Below are positions 18,918 to 27,649 of a stretch of 64,000 bases of DNA, piece by piece (position 1 is the stretch's first letter; each line of letters starts with the position of its first letter). The notes below the pieces were generated by a model. The model saw nothing but the letters and a program-made list of their open reading frames with translations. It did no database searches and was not told the DNA's origin. Source of the DNA: a virus; IMG/VR virus record IMGVR_UViG_3300019477_000133, positions 6,076 through 70,075 of that record, one strand, 5' to 3'. The position numbers were made by a program, and so were the translations under genes.

Positions 18918-19805
18918 ATGAAAAATTGGGAAAAAATTTTTAATACAATGGTATATTCTACCCTACAATATCTAAATGATTATGGAATTAATAATATGAT
19001 TTTAGGTATTTCTGGTGGTATAGATTCAACACTTGTAGCTGCTATTTGTCATGAAGTGGTAAAACGTTCTGATGGAAAAAAGAAGTTATTAGGATATTCT
19101 CTTATGTGTTCTACTAATCAATCAGATGAAGTAAAAGCAGCAGAAATGGTCGGTAAATCTTTATGCACGGAGTATCAGAGTATTAATTTGGAAGAAGATT
19201 ATAATACTATTTCAAGTAGTTTATCAAATCATTTCAAAGTAGATTCACCAATTGCTAATGGTAATATTAAAGCAAGATTGAGGATGCTATATCTTTATCA
19301 TTGTGCTTCAATTTATAATGGTATAGTTATGGACACTGATAACTATAGTGAACACCAACTTGGTTTTTGGACATTACATGGTGATGAGGGAGACTTTAAT
19401 CCTATTGGCGAATTATATAAGACCGAAATATATGAATTATGCGAATGGCTTTGTACTAAATATTACGTAAATGATAAAGATATCAGGCAAGCAATAGAAG
19501 AATCATATAAATTAACTCCTACAGATGGAAATGGTGTTAAGATGGGTGGTGACATGGCGCAGATTGCACCAGGACTAACTTATAAAGAAGTAGATAGAAT
19601 ACTTTTTGAAACTCAGATATGGGGTTGCCATAAGTATAATGACATCATTCTAAAAAGACTTTCTGAAGAGAAATGGTTTGATGAAGATATTGTCAAAGGC
19701 GTTATTAATAGAGTTAAAAATAGCGCATTTAAACGCAGACATCGTCCATTAAAAATTGATTTGGGGACAGGTGAAATAACACAGCAAATTTGTAAAGAAA
19801 AATAA
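18918..19805 (+). CDS. nadE: NH3-dependent NAD+ synthetase
   Basis: PP-loop LGISGGIDSTLVAAIC; NadE-specific NIKARLRMLYLY...MDTDNYSEHQLGFWTLHGDEGDFNPIG. Confidence 0.8.
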   Translation: MKNWEKIFNTMVYSTLQYLNDYGINNMILGISGGIDSTLVAAICHEVVKRSDGKKKLLGYSLMCSTNQSDEVKAAEMVGKSLCTEYQSINLEEDYNTISSSLSNHFKVDSPIANGNIKARLRMLYLYHCASIYNGIVMDTDNYSEHQLGFWTLHGDEGDFNPIGELYKTEIYELCEWLCTKYYVNDKDIRQAIEESYKLTPTDGNGVKMGGDMAQIAPGLTYKEVDRILFETQIWGCHKYNDIILKRLSEEKWFDEDIVKGVINRVKNSAFKRRHRPLKIDLGTGEITQQICKEK

Positions 19806-20074
19806 TGAATTTAGCACAAATTGAAGAAGTTTTTTCTGATAATAAAATTTCTGTAGGTAGTGTTAAAATAGCATTTTTAATAACTATAGGAGAGTATGTA
19901 CCATACACGCTTAAAATAGATGAAAATAATTTAGAATATTATTATTCTATTAACGTAGATGATATGACATATTCTCCACATATAGAAGAAATTATTAATC
20001 TGTTGAAAGATGACGGATGGGCATTAACAGAAGATAAAAAAGAATTAGTCAAATATATTGATTATACTTCTTAA
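19805..20074 (+). CDS. hypothetical protein
   Basis: 89-aa ORF. Confidence 0.35.
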   Translation: MNLAQIEEVFSDNKISVGSVKIAFLITIGEYVPYTLKIDENNLEYYYSINVDDMTYSPHIEEIINLLKDDGWALTEDKKELVKYIDYTS

Positions 20075-20119
20075 AAAAAATATTACAATTCACATTTTTA
20101 ATTTAAAAATATAAATAAT

Positions 20120-20566
20120 ATGACAAATGTTTTTTCAGTAGGTCGCTTGGGAAAGGACTCAGAGATTAAGAAGACAGGTAATGGTAAGGATTTCCTTTCA
20201 TTCACTGTTGCAGTAGACGAAAGACGTAAGGGTGAAACTGTTACAGATTGGTGGAACTGCTCATGGTATGGTGAGAACGCTATCAAGATGGCACAGTGGC
20301 TTAAGAAAGGTTCGCTTATCTCATTTAGTGGAGATTTTGCAGGTGCACGAATTTATCAGAATAAGAACAATGAGAATGTAGTCTCTTTGGACCTTATGAT
20401 TAATAGTGTAAGTTTTGTGTCAACAGGTAAGGGCAATGGTGAGAATAATACTCAGCAGGCAACTAATACTGGTACTTTTGGACCTACACCTGCAGCAAAC
20501 CCACAACCAACAGCTGCGCCTCAGCCTGCACCAGCACCTGTTAGTGATAATGATTTGCCTTTCTAA
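20120..20566 (+). CDS. ssb: single-stranded DNA-binding protein
   Basis: OB-fold-like N-terminus, Gly/Pro/Gln-rich linker, acidic C-terminal tail ...SDNDLPF. Confidence 0.75.
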   Translation: MTNVFSVGRLGKDSEIKKTGNGKDFLSFTVAVDERRKGETVTDWWNCSWYGENAIKMAQWLKKGSLISFSGDFAGARIYQNKNNENVVSLDLMINSVSFVSTGKGNGENNTQQATNTGTFGPTPAANPQPTAAPQPAPAPVSDNDLPF

Positions 20567-20624
20567 TAGATTTAGAAAGAATATAAAATGAATGGGAAGT
20601 ACTTGTGTACCTCCCATTTTTTGT

Positions 20625-21188
20625 TTACTCATAATGAAACATCTTTAAGCGATTAATCCAACCACTAAGAAAACGTTTTTGAGATTTTTCTTTAATTTCC
20701 TTATCAGTAAGTTTCCTACCTAATTTATTTTCTAATGCAATAACACTATTTTCGGCTATATTTTGGAAATGTTTTAAACGTCGATTCCATAATTTATCAA
20801 ATAATTCTTTTTGATTTGGATAGTCATTAATTTTCATAAGCGTAAGTTTTCCAACAATGCCATCCGCTTTTAACTCAAGTATTTGCTGTGGTAATTTAAT
20901 TCCGTTGATTCCACTCCCCCATAGCCAATCAACAACTAAATTAGCAATTGACTGATTATTAATTTTATCCGCTTGCCACTTATTCCAAAATCTATTTTTT
21001 AAAATATTATCCCACTGTTCTTCAGTTATATTCTTTAAGTCATTTACTGTTTTGTCGTTACCATAAGTTTCTCGAAAAGTTTTTAATGTGATACCATACA
21101 TTGTTGCGCCACCATTATCTATTGGGTCATTAACGAAGCCTCCTTCTACTTTTCTAATAATCGGTTTAAGTTTTCTAAAGTCTGCCAT
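20625..21188 (-). CDS. endolysin, glycoside hydrolase family 108 N-terminal domain plus a peptidoglycan-binding domain
   Basis: KVEGGFVNDPIDNGGATMYGIT matches the GH108 N-terminal signature. Confidence 0.7.
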   Translation of the reverse strand: MADFRKLKPIIRKVEGGFVNDPIDNGGATMYGITLKTFRETYGNDKTVNDLKNITEEQWDNILKNRFWNKWQADKINNQSIANLVVDWLWGSGINGIKLPQQILELKADGIVGKLTLMKINDYPNQKELFDKLWNRRLKHFQNIAENSVIALENKLGRKLTDKEIKEKSQKRFLSGWINRLKMFHYE

Positions 21189-21277
21189 AATATTATTTTA
21201 AGAATTTTTATATATAAATATTTTGTTTTATAACGCTATTTTCGTAACTTTGTGACGTAATTTTAAAAATAATAAAG

Positions 21278-22483
21278 ATGACAGTATCTAAGAAGAAGAG
21301 TAGTGGTAAGACTACAACAAAAACAAGAAAGTCAGATAATATTCAAAATGTAGAAATATCAAATCTTCCTGCAAAGAGAATTGATGAAAACGGAAACGTT
21401 GATACTACTGGTTTGACTACTATTGAGAAGAAGCGGTATAGAGATATAACATCAAGCTTGGATGTAAAGAATCCTATGACTGTTATGTCTTATGGTTCAG
21501 ATTTGCAAAAAGTAATGGATTCATATTCAAGTGAACTTCTCCAACACCAGATGTCATCAACAGTAAGTGGAGATACTTCAAAACTTATTAGTAAATTAAT
21601 GGGTGAACTGGAGAATATTGATGTTAATGATTTTAAGGTCCCTACACGCTTTAAAAAGTTCTTAATGTCATTTCCCCTAACTAAGAGTTTTGTTACCTCT
21701 GTAGCGGAAATAAAAGCGAAATATAACACAATCGAAAAGAATGTAGAGAATATCAAGCAAAAACTTGAAGCAACACGTACAATTGCTTTGCGTGACAACA
21801 ATCTTCTCGAACAACAATTCATTAATAACAAAGATTACGTAAACCAGTTGGAACAATTGATTATTGCAGGTAAGTTCAAAGTGGAAGAACTGGAAGAAGA
21901 ACTGAAAACTATGCGTACAAACGGTTCTGACATGATTGATATTAATGATACTAACAACTTTAAAGAAGCATTAGAAAAGCGTGTTACAGACCTTGTAATG
22001 CTACATCATGCTTTCAATCAATCATTATATCAGATTAGAATTATTCAACAAACCAACCTGCAAGATGCAAATAATACAGAATCACAGGTTTTAATGCTTA
22101 TTCCTTTTTGGAAAAATCAGTTATCACTAACAGTAGCATTATATAACCAGCAGCAAAGTATTAAAGCAAAACAAGCCGTTTATGATGCTATTAATAAGTC
22201 ATTAGTTAGCAACTCAGAAATGATGAAAACTCAATCAATAGAAGTTGCTAAACAGAACCAACGAACAGTTCTGGATGCTGAAACGTTAATGAAGACAACA
22301 AGAGATTTAATCGAAACTATCCAAGGTGTACAAAAAGTACAAGAGGAGGGTAAAAAGAAACGCATGGATGCAGAAGCAAAAATCATTGAATGGGAGAAGC
22401 AAATGAACCAAGCAATTCAAGGACTTACCAATAATAATGAAAGAATTGTGAGTCGAGAATTAATTGGTAATGAAAATAAATAA
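21278..22483 (+). CDS. hypothetical coiled-coil protein (possibly TelA-like)
   Basis: 401-aa, Gln/Asn-rich helical protein; family assignment uncertain. Confidence 0.45.
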   Translation: MTVSKKKSSGKTTTKTRKSDNIQNVEISNLPAKRIDENGNVDTTGLTTIEKKRYRDITSSLDVKNPMTVMSYGSDLQKVMDSYSSELLQHQMSSTVSGDTSKLISKLMGELENIDVNDFKVPTRFKKFLMSFPLTKSFVTSVAEIKAKYNTIEKNVENIKQKLEATRTIALRDNNLLEQQFINNKDYVNQLEQLIIAGKFKVEELEEELKTMRTNGSDMIDINDTNNFKEALEKRVTDLVMLHHAFNQSLYQIRIIQQTNLQDANNTESQVLMLIPFWKNQLSLTVALYNQQQSIKAKQAVYDAINKSLVSNSEMMKTQSIEVAKQNQRTVLDAETLMKTTRDLIETIQGVQKVQEEGKKKRMDAEAKIIEWEKQMNQAIQGLTNNNERIVSRELIGNENK

Positions 22484-22486
22484 TAA

Positions 22487-23020
22487 ATGAATTTGAGAAG
22501 AGAAATAAAAAGGATGACCTATGAATATCTTGATTTTGACCCACCAAGTAGTTTCTATAAATCTGATAAATGCAATCTAATTGAAGGAAAAGAATATCAG
22601 TTAATAGGTACTTCTTGTGAAGGTTTTGAAATGAAACCAAGAACATTTAAATTCATCAAATACATTCATTCTCATGGAGAAGTTATCATTGATGGCGTAA
22701 TCATGAAACAGATAGATGGAGAAACAGGTATACTTTTTTCTTTGTCTAAGAATGATTGCTCTATCTACGATATTCCGTATGAAAGTAATCTTCAAATTTT
22801 TCCATCAACAATGAAATGGAAAATAAAGGATAATAACATAAAATCAGTTAAAAAGAAACATAAAAAATCTGATTATATCCAAAATGCAATATATAAAAAA
22901 TATGCAATAAGAGAACATGATATGAAGTTTGATGAAGCAAAGAAAATATTTGATAACATTACTTGGGAAACCCATAAAACATGGAACGAAATATACGATA
23001 TAAATACATTAGATAAATAA
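22487..23020 (+). CDS. hypothetical protein
   Basis: 177-aa ORF. Confidence 0.4.
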   Translation: MNLRREIKRMTYEYLDFDPPSSFYKSDKCNLIEGKEYQLIGTSCEGFEMKPRTFKFIKYIHSHGEVIIDGVIMKQIDGETGILFSLSKNDCSIYDIPYESNLQIFPSTMKWKIKDNNIKSVKKKHKKSDYIQNAIYKKYAIREHDMKFDEAKKIFDNITWETHKTWNEIYDINTLDK

Positions 23021-23024
23021 ATAT

Positions 23025-24179
23025 ATGAACGAAATAATAGAAAACTTCAAGGAAGAAACAGGATATACCCTTATTATCAAGAATGGAGAACTGTTTTATG
23101 ATGGTAATATTGACTTGAGTGGTAGTGAGATTACTCAGTTACCAGATAACTTAACTGTTAATGGCGAACTTATTTTAAGAAACACAGATATTAAAGATTT
23201 ACCTAATAATCTGACGGTTGGTGATTATCTTGAATTATGGAATACACGTATTGAGAGTATACCTGACAACCTTATAGTAGGTGGTTCTCTTTATCTAAAT
23301 GATACAGGTATTAAGTCACTGCCTAAAAATCTGACAGTTGGTGGATATCTTGATTTATCCAATACACGCATCAAGTCTTTACCTGACAACCTTACAGTGG
23401 GCAGCTCTCTTTTTCTAAATAACACAGGTATTAAGTCTCTGCCTGACAACCTTACGGTGAGGCGTTCTCTTGGATTAAAAGATACAAGAATTACCTCATT
23501 ACCAGATAATCTTACAGTGGGTTGTGTTCTTGATATAAGAGATACACGCATTAAATCTCTACCTGACAACCTTACAGTGGGTGACTCTCTTGACCTAAGA
23601 GGTACTGGTGTCACCTCATTACCAGATAGCCTTACGGTTGGTGGAGTTCTTGATATAAGAGATACAAGAATTACAGATAACGTAGAAGTGAATACGACTC
23701 TTTCTCCAGAACAGCAAAAGAAAATTCATGATTTAGAAAATATGGCTCTTTTCTGGGAGAGAAATGGAGTGAGGTATATTAAAGCCGATGGTATTTTCTC
23801 AGTTATTGATTCTCACCATGGTAATGCATATAAGGTACATGCACTTGGACAAGAAGATAATCCACTTTATCTTATCACTGATGGTGAAGGTCATTGGTCA
23901 CATGGCGCTACTCTTGAGGAAGCTAAAGCTGACCTTATATATAAGATTAATGACAGAGATACTTCTGAATATGAAAAATTAACATTGGATGACACTTTAT
24001 CTTATGAGGATGCAATTGCAGCATATCGCTCTATCACTGGCGCATGTTCAGCAGGAACAATAGATTTCATTGAAAACCGATTACCTACACCGCATAAAGA
24101 AAAGTACACCATTAGGGAAATTATTGAGTTGACCAAAAACGAGTATGGAGGTAAAACTTTTGCAAAGTTTTTTGTATAA
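23025..24179 (+). CDS. leucine-rich-repeat protein (20-aa LPDNLTVGxxLxLxNTxIKS repeats) with a conserved C-terminal domain; paralog of 53309-54454 and 55383-56648
   Basis: about 11 tandem 20-aa LRR units; C-terminus ...KYTIREIIELTKNEYG shared with the paralogs. Confidence 0.55.
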   Translation: MNEIIENFKEETGYTLIIKNGELFYDGNIDLSGSEITQLPDNLTVNGELILRNTDIKDLPNNLTVGDYLELWNTRIESIPDNLIVGGSLYLNDTGIKSLPKNLTVGGYLDLSNTRIKSLPDNLTVGSSLFLNNTGIKSLPDNLTVRRSLGLKDTRITSLPDNLTVGCVLDIRDTRIKSLPDNLTVGDSLDLRGTGVTSLPDSLTVGGVLDIRDTRITDNVEVNTTLSPEQQKKIHDLENMALFWERNGVRYIKADGIFSVIDSHHGNAYKVHALGQEDNPLYLITDGEGHWSHGATLEEAKADLIYKINDRDTSEYEKLTLDDTLSYEDAIAAYRSITGACSAGTIDFIENRLPTPHKEKYTIREIIELTKNEYGGKTFAKFFV

Positions 24180-24337
24180 AAAAATACAAATAGTATTGAT
24201 ATAAAAATAAAATTCCATATATTTATGAATGGATGATGGATGAAAAATAACCATATTGTTGCTTAAAGTACACTTTGTTTTACTTTGATTTTTTAGGTTA
24301 TTTTTCAATGTGGATTTTAATAGAAAGAAGAAAAGGA

Positions 24338-24380
24338 AAGCTGATAATCTGAGAAGACATCAGCTTTTCGCATTTTTTTA
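24338..24380 (+). terminator. rho-independent terminator
   Basis: aagctgat...atcagctt hairpin plus a T-rich tract. Confidence 0.5.
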
Positions 24381-24393
24381 GAAAAAAGTTACC

Positions 24394-24461
24394 GAAAAAT
24401 TTGGAGGTTTCAAAAAAAGTTAGTATCTTTGCATCACAATTAAGAAATAAGAGTTCTTTGA
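24394..24461 (+). promoter_or_regulatory. 68-nt promoter block (gaaaaatttggaggtttcaaaaaaagttagtatctTTGcatcacaattaagaaa...gagttctttga) duplicated at 27324-27391, where it sits 19 nt upstream of tRNA-Lys
   Basis: near-identical duplication; contains the -7-like tatctttgca. Confidence 0.55.
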
Positions 24462-24479
24462 AAAGAAATATTTAGATTT

Positions 24480-24558
24480 GTCAAATATAATTAGGAAACG
24501 TACAGCAAAAGAATTTGAATAGGGTTCATGAGGGTTGGTTCGATTCCAAAATGTGACC
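24480..24558 (+). tRNA. tRNA-like element / possible pseudo-tRNA: acceptor-like pairing gtcaaat/atgtgac and a GGTTCGATTCC T-loop, but no canonical D or anticodon arm
   Basis: starts 19 nt after the promoter block, the same spacing as tRNA-Lys after the duplicate block; cloverleaf incomplete by hand. Confidence 0.2.
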
Positions 24559-24608
24559 GCAATAGGTACGTTTAGTGTATTGGTAGCACGCATTTTGTTT
24601 CCTTAACA

Positions 24609-24681
24609 TGTGACATGGAGAAGTGGCATCTCGGTGGCAAACTTATAGCTGCAGTCATTGGTTCGATTCCAATTGTCGCAA
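24609..24681 (+). tRNA. tRNA-like element, 73 nt: acceptor tgtgaca/tgtcgca, D-stem gaga/tctc, T-arm attgg-ttcgatt-ccaat, anticodon arm not foldable
   Basis: hand fold; likely a degenerate or non-canonical tRNA. Confidence 0.3.
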
Positions 24682-24711
24682 CATTTGAAAACCAATTTTA
24701 ATTTTTAAATA

Positions 24712-25764
24712 ATGAGAATGAAGAAGTTTATTTTTATGACACTCATCTCAATGATGAGTTTTGTTAGTGCAAATGCACAGACAGCACTTCAAAGTACAAA
24801 GTTGATGGATAACACTTATGTAGGTGTAATGGGTGGTGTACACACCAACATGAAGCTTAATAAGGTATTTCCTCTCAACAGTTCAGTTGGAGTACGTGTT
24901 GGAAAAGAGATTAGTCCAGTATTCGGTATCCAATTTGCAGGTGTAGCTGCTCTTGGTGACAATTACGTAAATGACTCTCATACATTTATTAAGGCAGTAA
25001 ACGCTGAAATGAATGGTACAATTAATTGGAGTAACCTCATTTTCGGGTATAATGGTGTTCCTCGCAGATTCGAAGTTAGTTCAGTAACTGGTATTGGATG
25101 GTTGGCATTCCTTAACGGTTCACATCGTTCATATAATAATAATATGGGTGATGGAGACGAACTCACTGCAAAGACAGCACTCGAGTTTGCCTTTAATCTT
25201 GGTAATGCAAGGGCATGGCGTATTTTCGTACAGCCTGGTGTTTATTGGAACATGACACATGGTCCAGGTGATGCTGTACAATTTGGTAGCTCAGCAGCAC
25301 AGATGGGTGTTCAGGTCGGTGTTGATTACAAGTTTAAGACATCTAATGGTACACATAATTTTAAGATGTATAACATTGGTGACTATAACAATGAAATCAA
25401 TACACTTCGTAACGACCTATCTAAGAAGCCAAAGGAAGTTACAAAGGTTGTAGAGAAGATTGTAGAAAAGCAGAATGTTGTTAAGCAGAATGTGTACGTT
25501 ATCGCTTTCGATAATGATAAAGCAGAACTTAGCAATGATGCAAAGAATGTTCTCAATAGTATCGCTGCAAATACAGATGTAACTGTAGAGGGCTATGCTG
25601 ATGGTGTAGGTAGTGATACCTATAATCAGAATCTATCAGAACGTCGTGCAACCACTGTGACTAATTATCTTACACAGCGAAACGTGAATGTACGTAGTTC
25701 AAATGGTTTTGGTAAGACAGGAAAGTACTCAGCACGAGTAGTTATTGTTGAGCCAGTACGCTAA
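24712..25764 (+). CDS. OmpA-family outer-membrane protein (signal peptide, beta-barrel region, C-terminal OmpA-like domain)
   Basis: signal peptide MRMKKFIFMTLISMMSFVSANAQTA; C-terminus ...GYADGVGSDTYNQNLSERRATTV is the OmpA_C signature; locally higher GC. Confidence 0.8.
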   Translation: MRMKKFIFMTLISMMSFVSANAQTALQSTKLMDNTYVGVMGGVHTNMKLNKVFPLNSSVGVRVGKEISPVFGIQFAGVAALGDNYVNDSHTFIKAVNAEMNGTINWSNLIFGYNGVPRRFEVSSVTGIGWLAFLNGSHRSYNNNMGDGDELTAKTALEFAFNLGNARAWRIFVQPGVYWNMTHGPGDAVQFGSSAAQMGVQVGVDYKFKTSNGTHNFKMYNIGDYNNEINTLRNDLSKKPKEVTKVVEKIVEKQNVVKQNVYVIAFDNDKAELSNDAKNVLNSIAANTDVTVEGYADGVGSDTYNQNLSERRATTVTNYLTQRNVNVRSSNGFGKTGKYSARVVIVEPVR

Positions 25765-25800
25765 TACCGAATTAACTGATACTATTAGGTTGTAAAGATT

Positions 25801-25923
25801 ACTATAGTGAGAAGGATGTTATGATTTTATTCACTGCAATGAGATTTTCAGACTCTCACGTTAAATAATAAAATGATTCGAGACTGGAGAGTCTTGCGTA
25901 CTTTTAACTACTTCTCACATAGT
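25801..25923. repeat. long imperfect nested palindrome: outer actatagtgagaag/cttctcacatagt, inner cagactctc/gagagtct
   Basis: inverted repeats read directly downstream of the OmpA-like gene. Confidence 0.5.
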
Positions 25924-26091
25924 GGTCAATACAATTAAAGAAAATAACTATTGGTTACGTACAGCACGAAAAATTATAGTATTTATTTAACTTCCGATGT
26001 ACATAAGTTTTATAAACTTATTCAGTTTGAAATCGCTGTGATGATTTCCGTAACCTAATTTAGTTATTAAACTAAAAGAATAGAAAAAAAT

Positions 26092-26301
26092 ATGAGAATT
26101 GTTATTATCTTGTTGATTATTCTAATTTTTATATCATTTGGTATATTTATCAATGGTATAAGAAATTCTAAACTTAGAACGATACATAATGTTATGGAAG
26201 ATAACGAACATAATGATGAATTACGTAAACGTTCAAATCGTAGAAAAAAAGTTACTATCATAGAAGAGATGCCAGATAATAATGATAACACGGTGGAATA
26301 G
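26092..26301 (+). CDS. small membrane protein (doubtful); its 3' end overlaps tRNA-Arg
   Basis: 69-aa ORF with a hydrophobic N-terminus. Confidence 0.25.
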   Translation: MRIVIILLIILIFISFGIFINGIRNSKLRTIHNVMEDNEHNDELRKRSNRRKKVTIIEEMPDNNDNTVE

Positions 26302-26365
26302 CTCAACTGAATAGAGCAACGGCCTTCTAAGCCGTAGGTTGCGAGTTTGAATCTCGCTTCCATCA
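26292..26365 (+). tRNA. tRNA-Arg(TCT)
   Basis: acceptor ggtggaa/ttccatc, D gctc/gagc, anticodon stem acggc/gccgt with loop ctTCTaa, T-arm gcgag-tttgaat-ctcgc. Confidence 0.75.
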
Positions 26366-26384
26366 CATCATAACTCAATTTTTA

Positions 26385-26425
26385 CCACAAGTTAGATTTG
26401 TTTCTGCTTGTGGTGATTTTTTTTG
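26385..26425 (+). terminator. rho-independent terminator after tRNA-Arg
   Basis: ccacaag...cttgtgg hairpin plus a T9 run. Confidence 0.6.
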
Positions 26426-26442
26426 TATAAAACAATATGCAA

Positions 26443-26500
26443 TTATCAATAAATCCAATTAATCAATAAAAAAGATTGATATGTTGATAAAAAAATCAAC
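26443..26500 (+). promoter_or_regulatory. operator-like direct and inverted repeats (ATCAATAAA x2, TTGATA x2, ATCAAC) upstream of the HTH regulator gene
   Basis: aattATCAATAAAtccaattaATCAATAAAaaagaTTGATAtgTTGATAaaaaaATCAAc. Confidence 0.35.
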
Positions 26501-26534
26501 TTAAGATATATTTATTAATAAAAAAAATAAATAT

Positions 26535-26741
26535 ATGAACGGATTTGAAAATTGGATAAAAGATATATGTAAGAGAAAACGCATGAAATTAAAAGATGTA
26601 TCAACAAAGATGGGTGTTGAACCAGCTTCTTTAACAAGAACATTAAAAGGTGGAAACCCACGATTAGATACATTGGTAAAACTATCAGAAGCGTTAGAAG
26701 TAGAAATAACAGCTTTAATTCCACAGGAAATTAAGCCATAA
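26535..26741 (+). CDS. XRE/Cro-type helix-turn-helix transcriptional regulator
   Basis: KLKDVSTKMGVEPASLTRTLKGGNPRLDTLVKLSEAL is an HTH_3-like helix-turn-helix. Confidence 0.6.
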   Translation: MNGFENWIKDICKRKRMKLKDVSTKMGVEPASLTRTLKGGNPRLDTLVKLSEALEVEITALIPQEIKP

Positions 26742-27079
26742 TAAAAAAAATATTTATAAAATAAGTAACTTTTGATACATAGGTTATATTTATAATAAAA
26801 TTCATATAAAAAATGATACGTACATCAAATAAACAAAGTAATCAGCATAACATATTTGTTACATCCAACAAGTATGATAATGATGCTATGTTTTTTGAAT
26901 ACGACATAAATAATAATAATAATAATAGTATTTCAACAATACGGAATTTATATGAATGTATAACCTAAATTAAAAAGGGTTTTTGCACTTACTTCACTAA
27001 ATATATTTCCAAGCTGTTGAATAAACTTAAACAAAAGTTGATTTAGCAGCTTTTTTAGTACATTTACAATTAGACAATA

Positions 27080-27313
27080 ATGACAGTAGATAACCTTATA
27101 CCATTATTAAATGGTCATGCAGAATTAAGATGTGTCATAGAAAAGAAAATAGCTGAATACAAAATTATAGCTACTGATGGACACGAGTACTTAATAGATA
27201 TAGATATTAGTGACAAGAAAGATGTAAAACCTCAAAAATGCATAAAATGTGAATATATTAACGATTTACTAAGGAAAATCAACCAAAATAATGATTTTAT
27301 AAAAATAAAATAA
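27080..27313 (+). CDS. hypothetical protein
   Basis: 77-aa ORF. Confidence 0.3.
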   Translation: MTVDNLIPLLNGHAELRCVIEKKIAEYKIIATDGHEYLIDIDISDKKDVKPQKCIKCEYINDLLRKINQNNDFIKIK

Positions 27314-27323
27314 AAAAAATCAC

Positions 27324-27391
27324 TGAAAAATTTGGAGGTTTCAGAAAAAGTTAGTATCTTTGCATCACAATTAAGAAACAAGAGTTCTTTG
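27324..27391 (+). promoter_or_regulatory. second copy of the 68-nt promoter block, driving the tRNA cluster
   Basis: duplicate of 24394-24461 with 2 mismatches. Confidence 0.55.
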
Positions 27392-27409
27392 ACTTATTGG
27401 AACAACAGA

Positions 27410-27482
27410 TGCGCTCATAGCTCAGTTGGTAGAGCACCACACTTTTAATGTGGGAGTCTTGGGTTCGAGCCCCAATGGGCGT
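27410..27482 (+). tRNA. tRNA-Lys(TTT)
   Basis: acceptor gcgctca/tgggcgt (two G.U pairs), D gctc-agttggta-gagc, anticodon stem ccaca/tgtgg with loop ctTTTaa, T-arm ttggg-ttcgagc-cccaa. Confidence 0.8.
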
Positions 27483-27496
27483 ACAACTGAAAAAAA

Positions 27497-27649
27497 TAAT
27501 AGGTAGCCGTACTACCGAATTTACGCTTGTGGACTATCCTCCTATGGATGACTGATTGTAGCAATACAATGTACTAAAAAGTAATGATAGGTTGAAGCAA
27601 GAAGTGAAAAGTACCCAAATCATATATTTGCGTAGATTTTCATATACGG
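27497..27649 (+). ncRNA. orphan copy of the ~155-nt structured RNA found immediately 3' of tnpB (omegaRNA-like scaffold); no adjacent tnpB
   Basis: about 95% identical to 33871-34029 apart from an internal hairpin that differs with compensatory changes (attgtagcaatacaat versus attgagtagtaaactactcaat). Confidence 0.55.

Noticed and set aside
23291-23614. Minus-strand ORF 23291-23614 (107 aa, repeated RLSGRDL motifs)
   Set aside because: It is the antisense shadow of the LRR repeats in 23025-24179.
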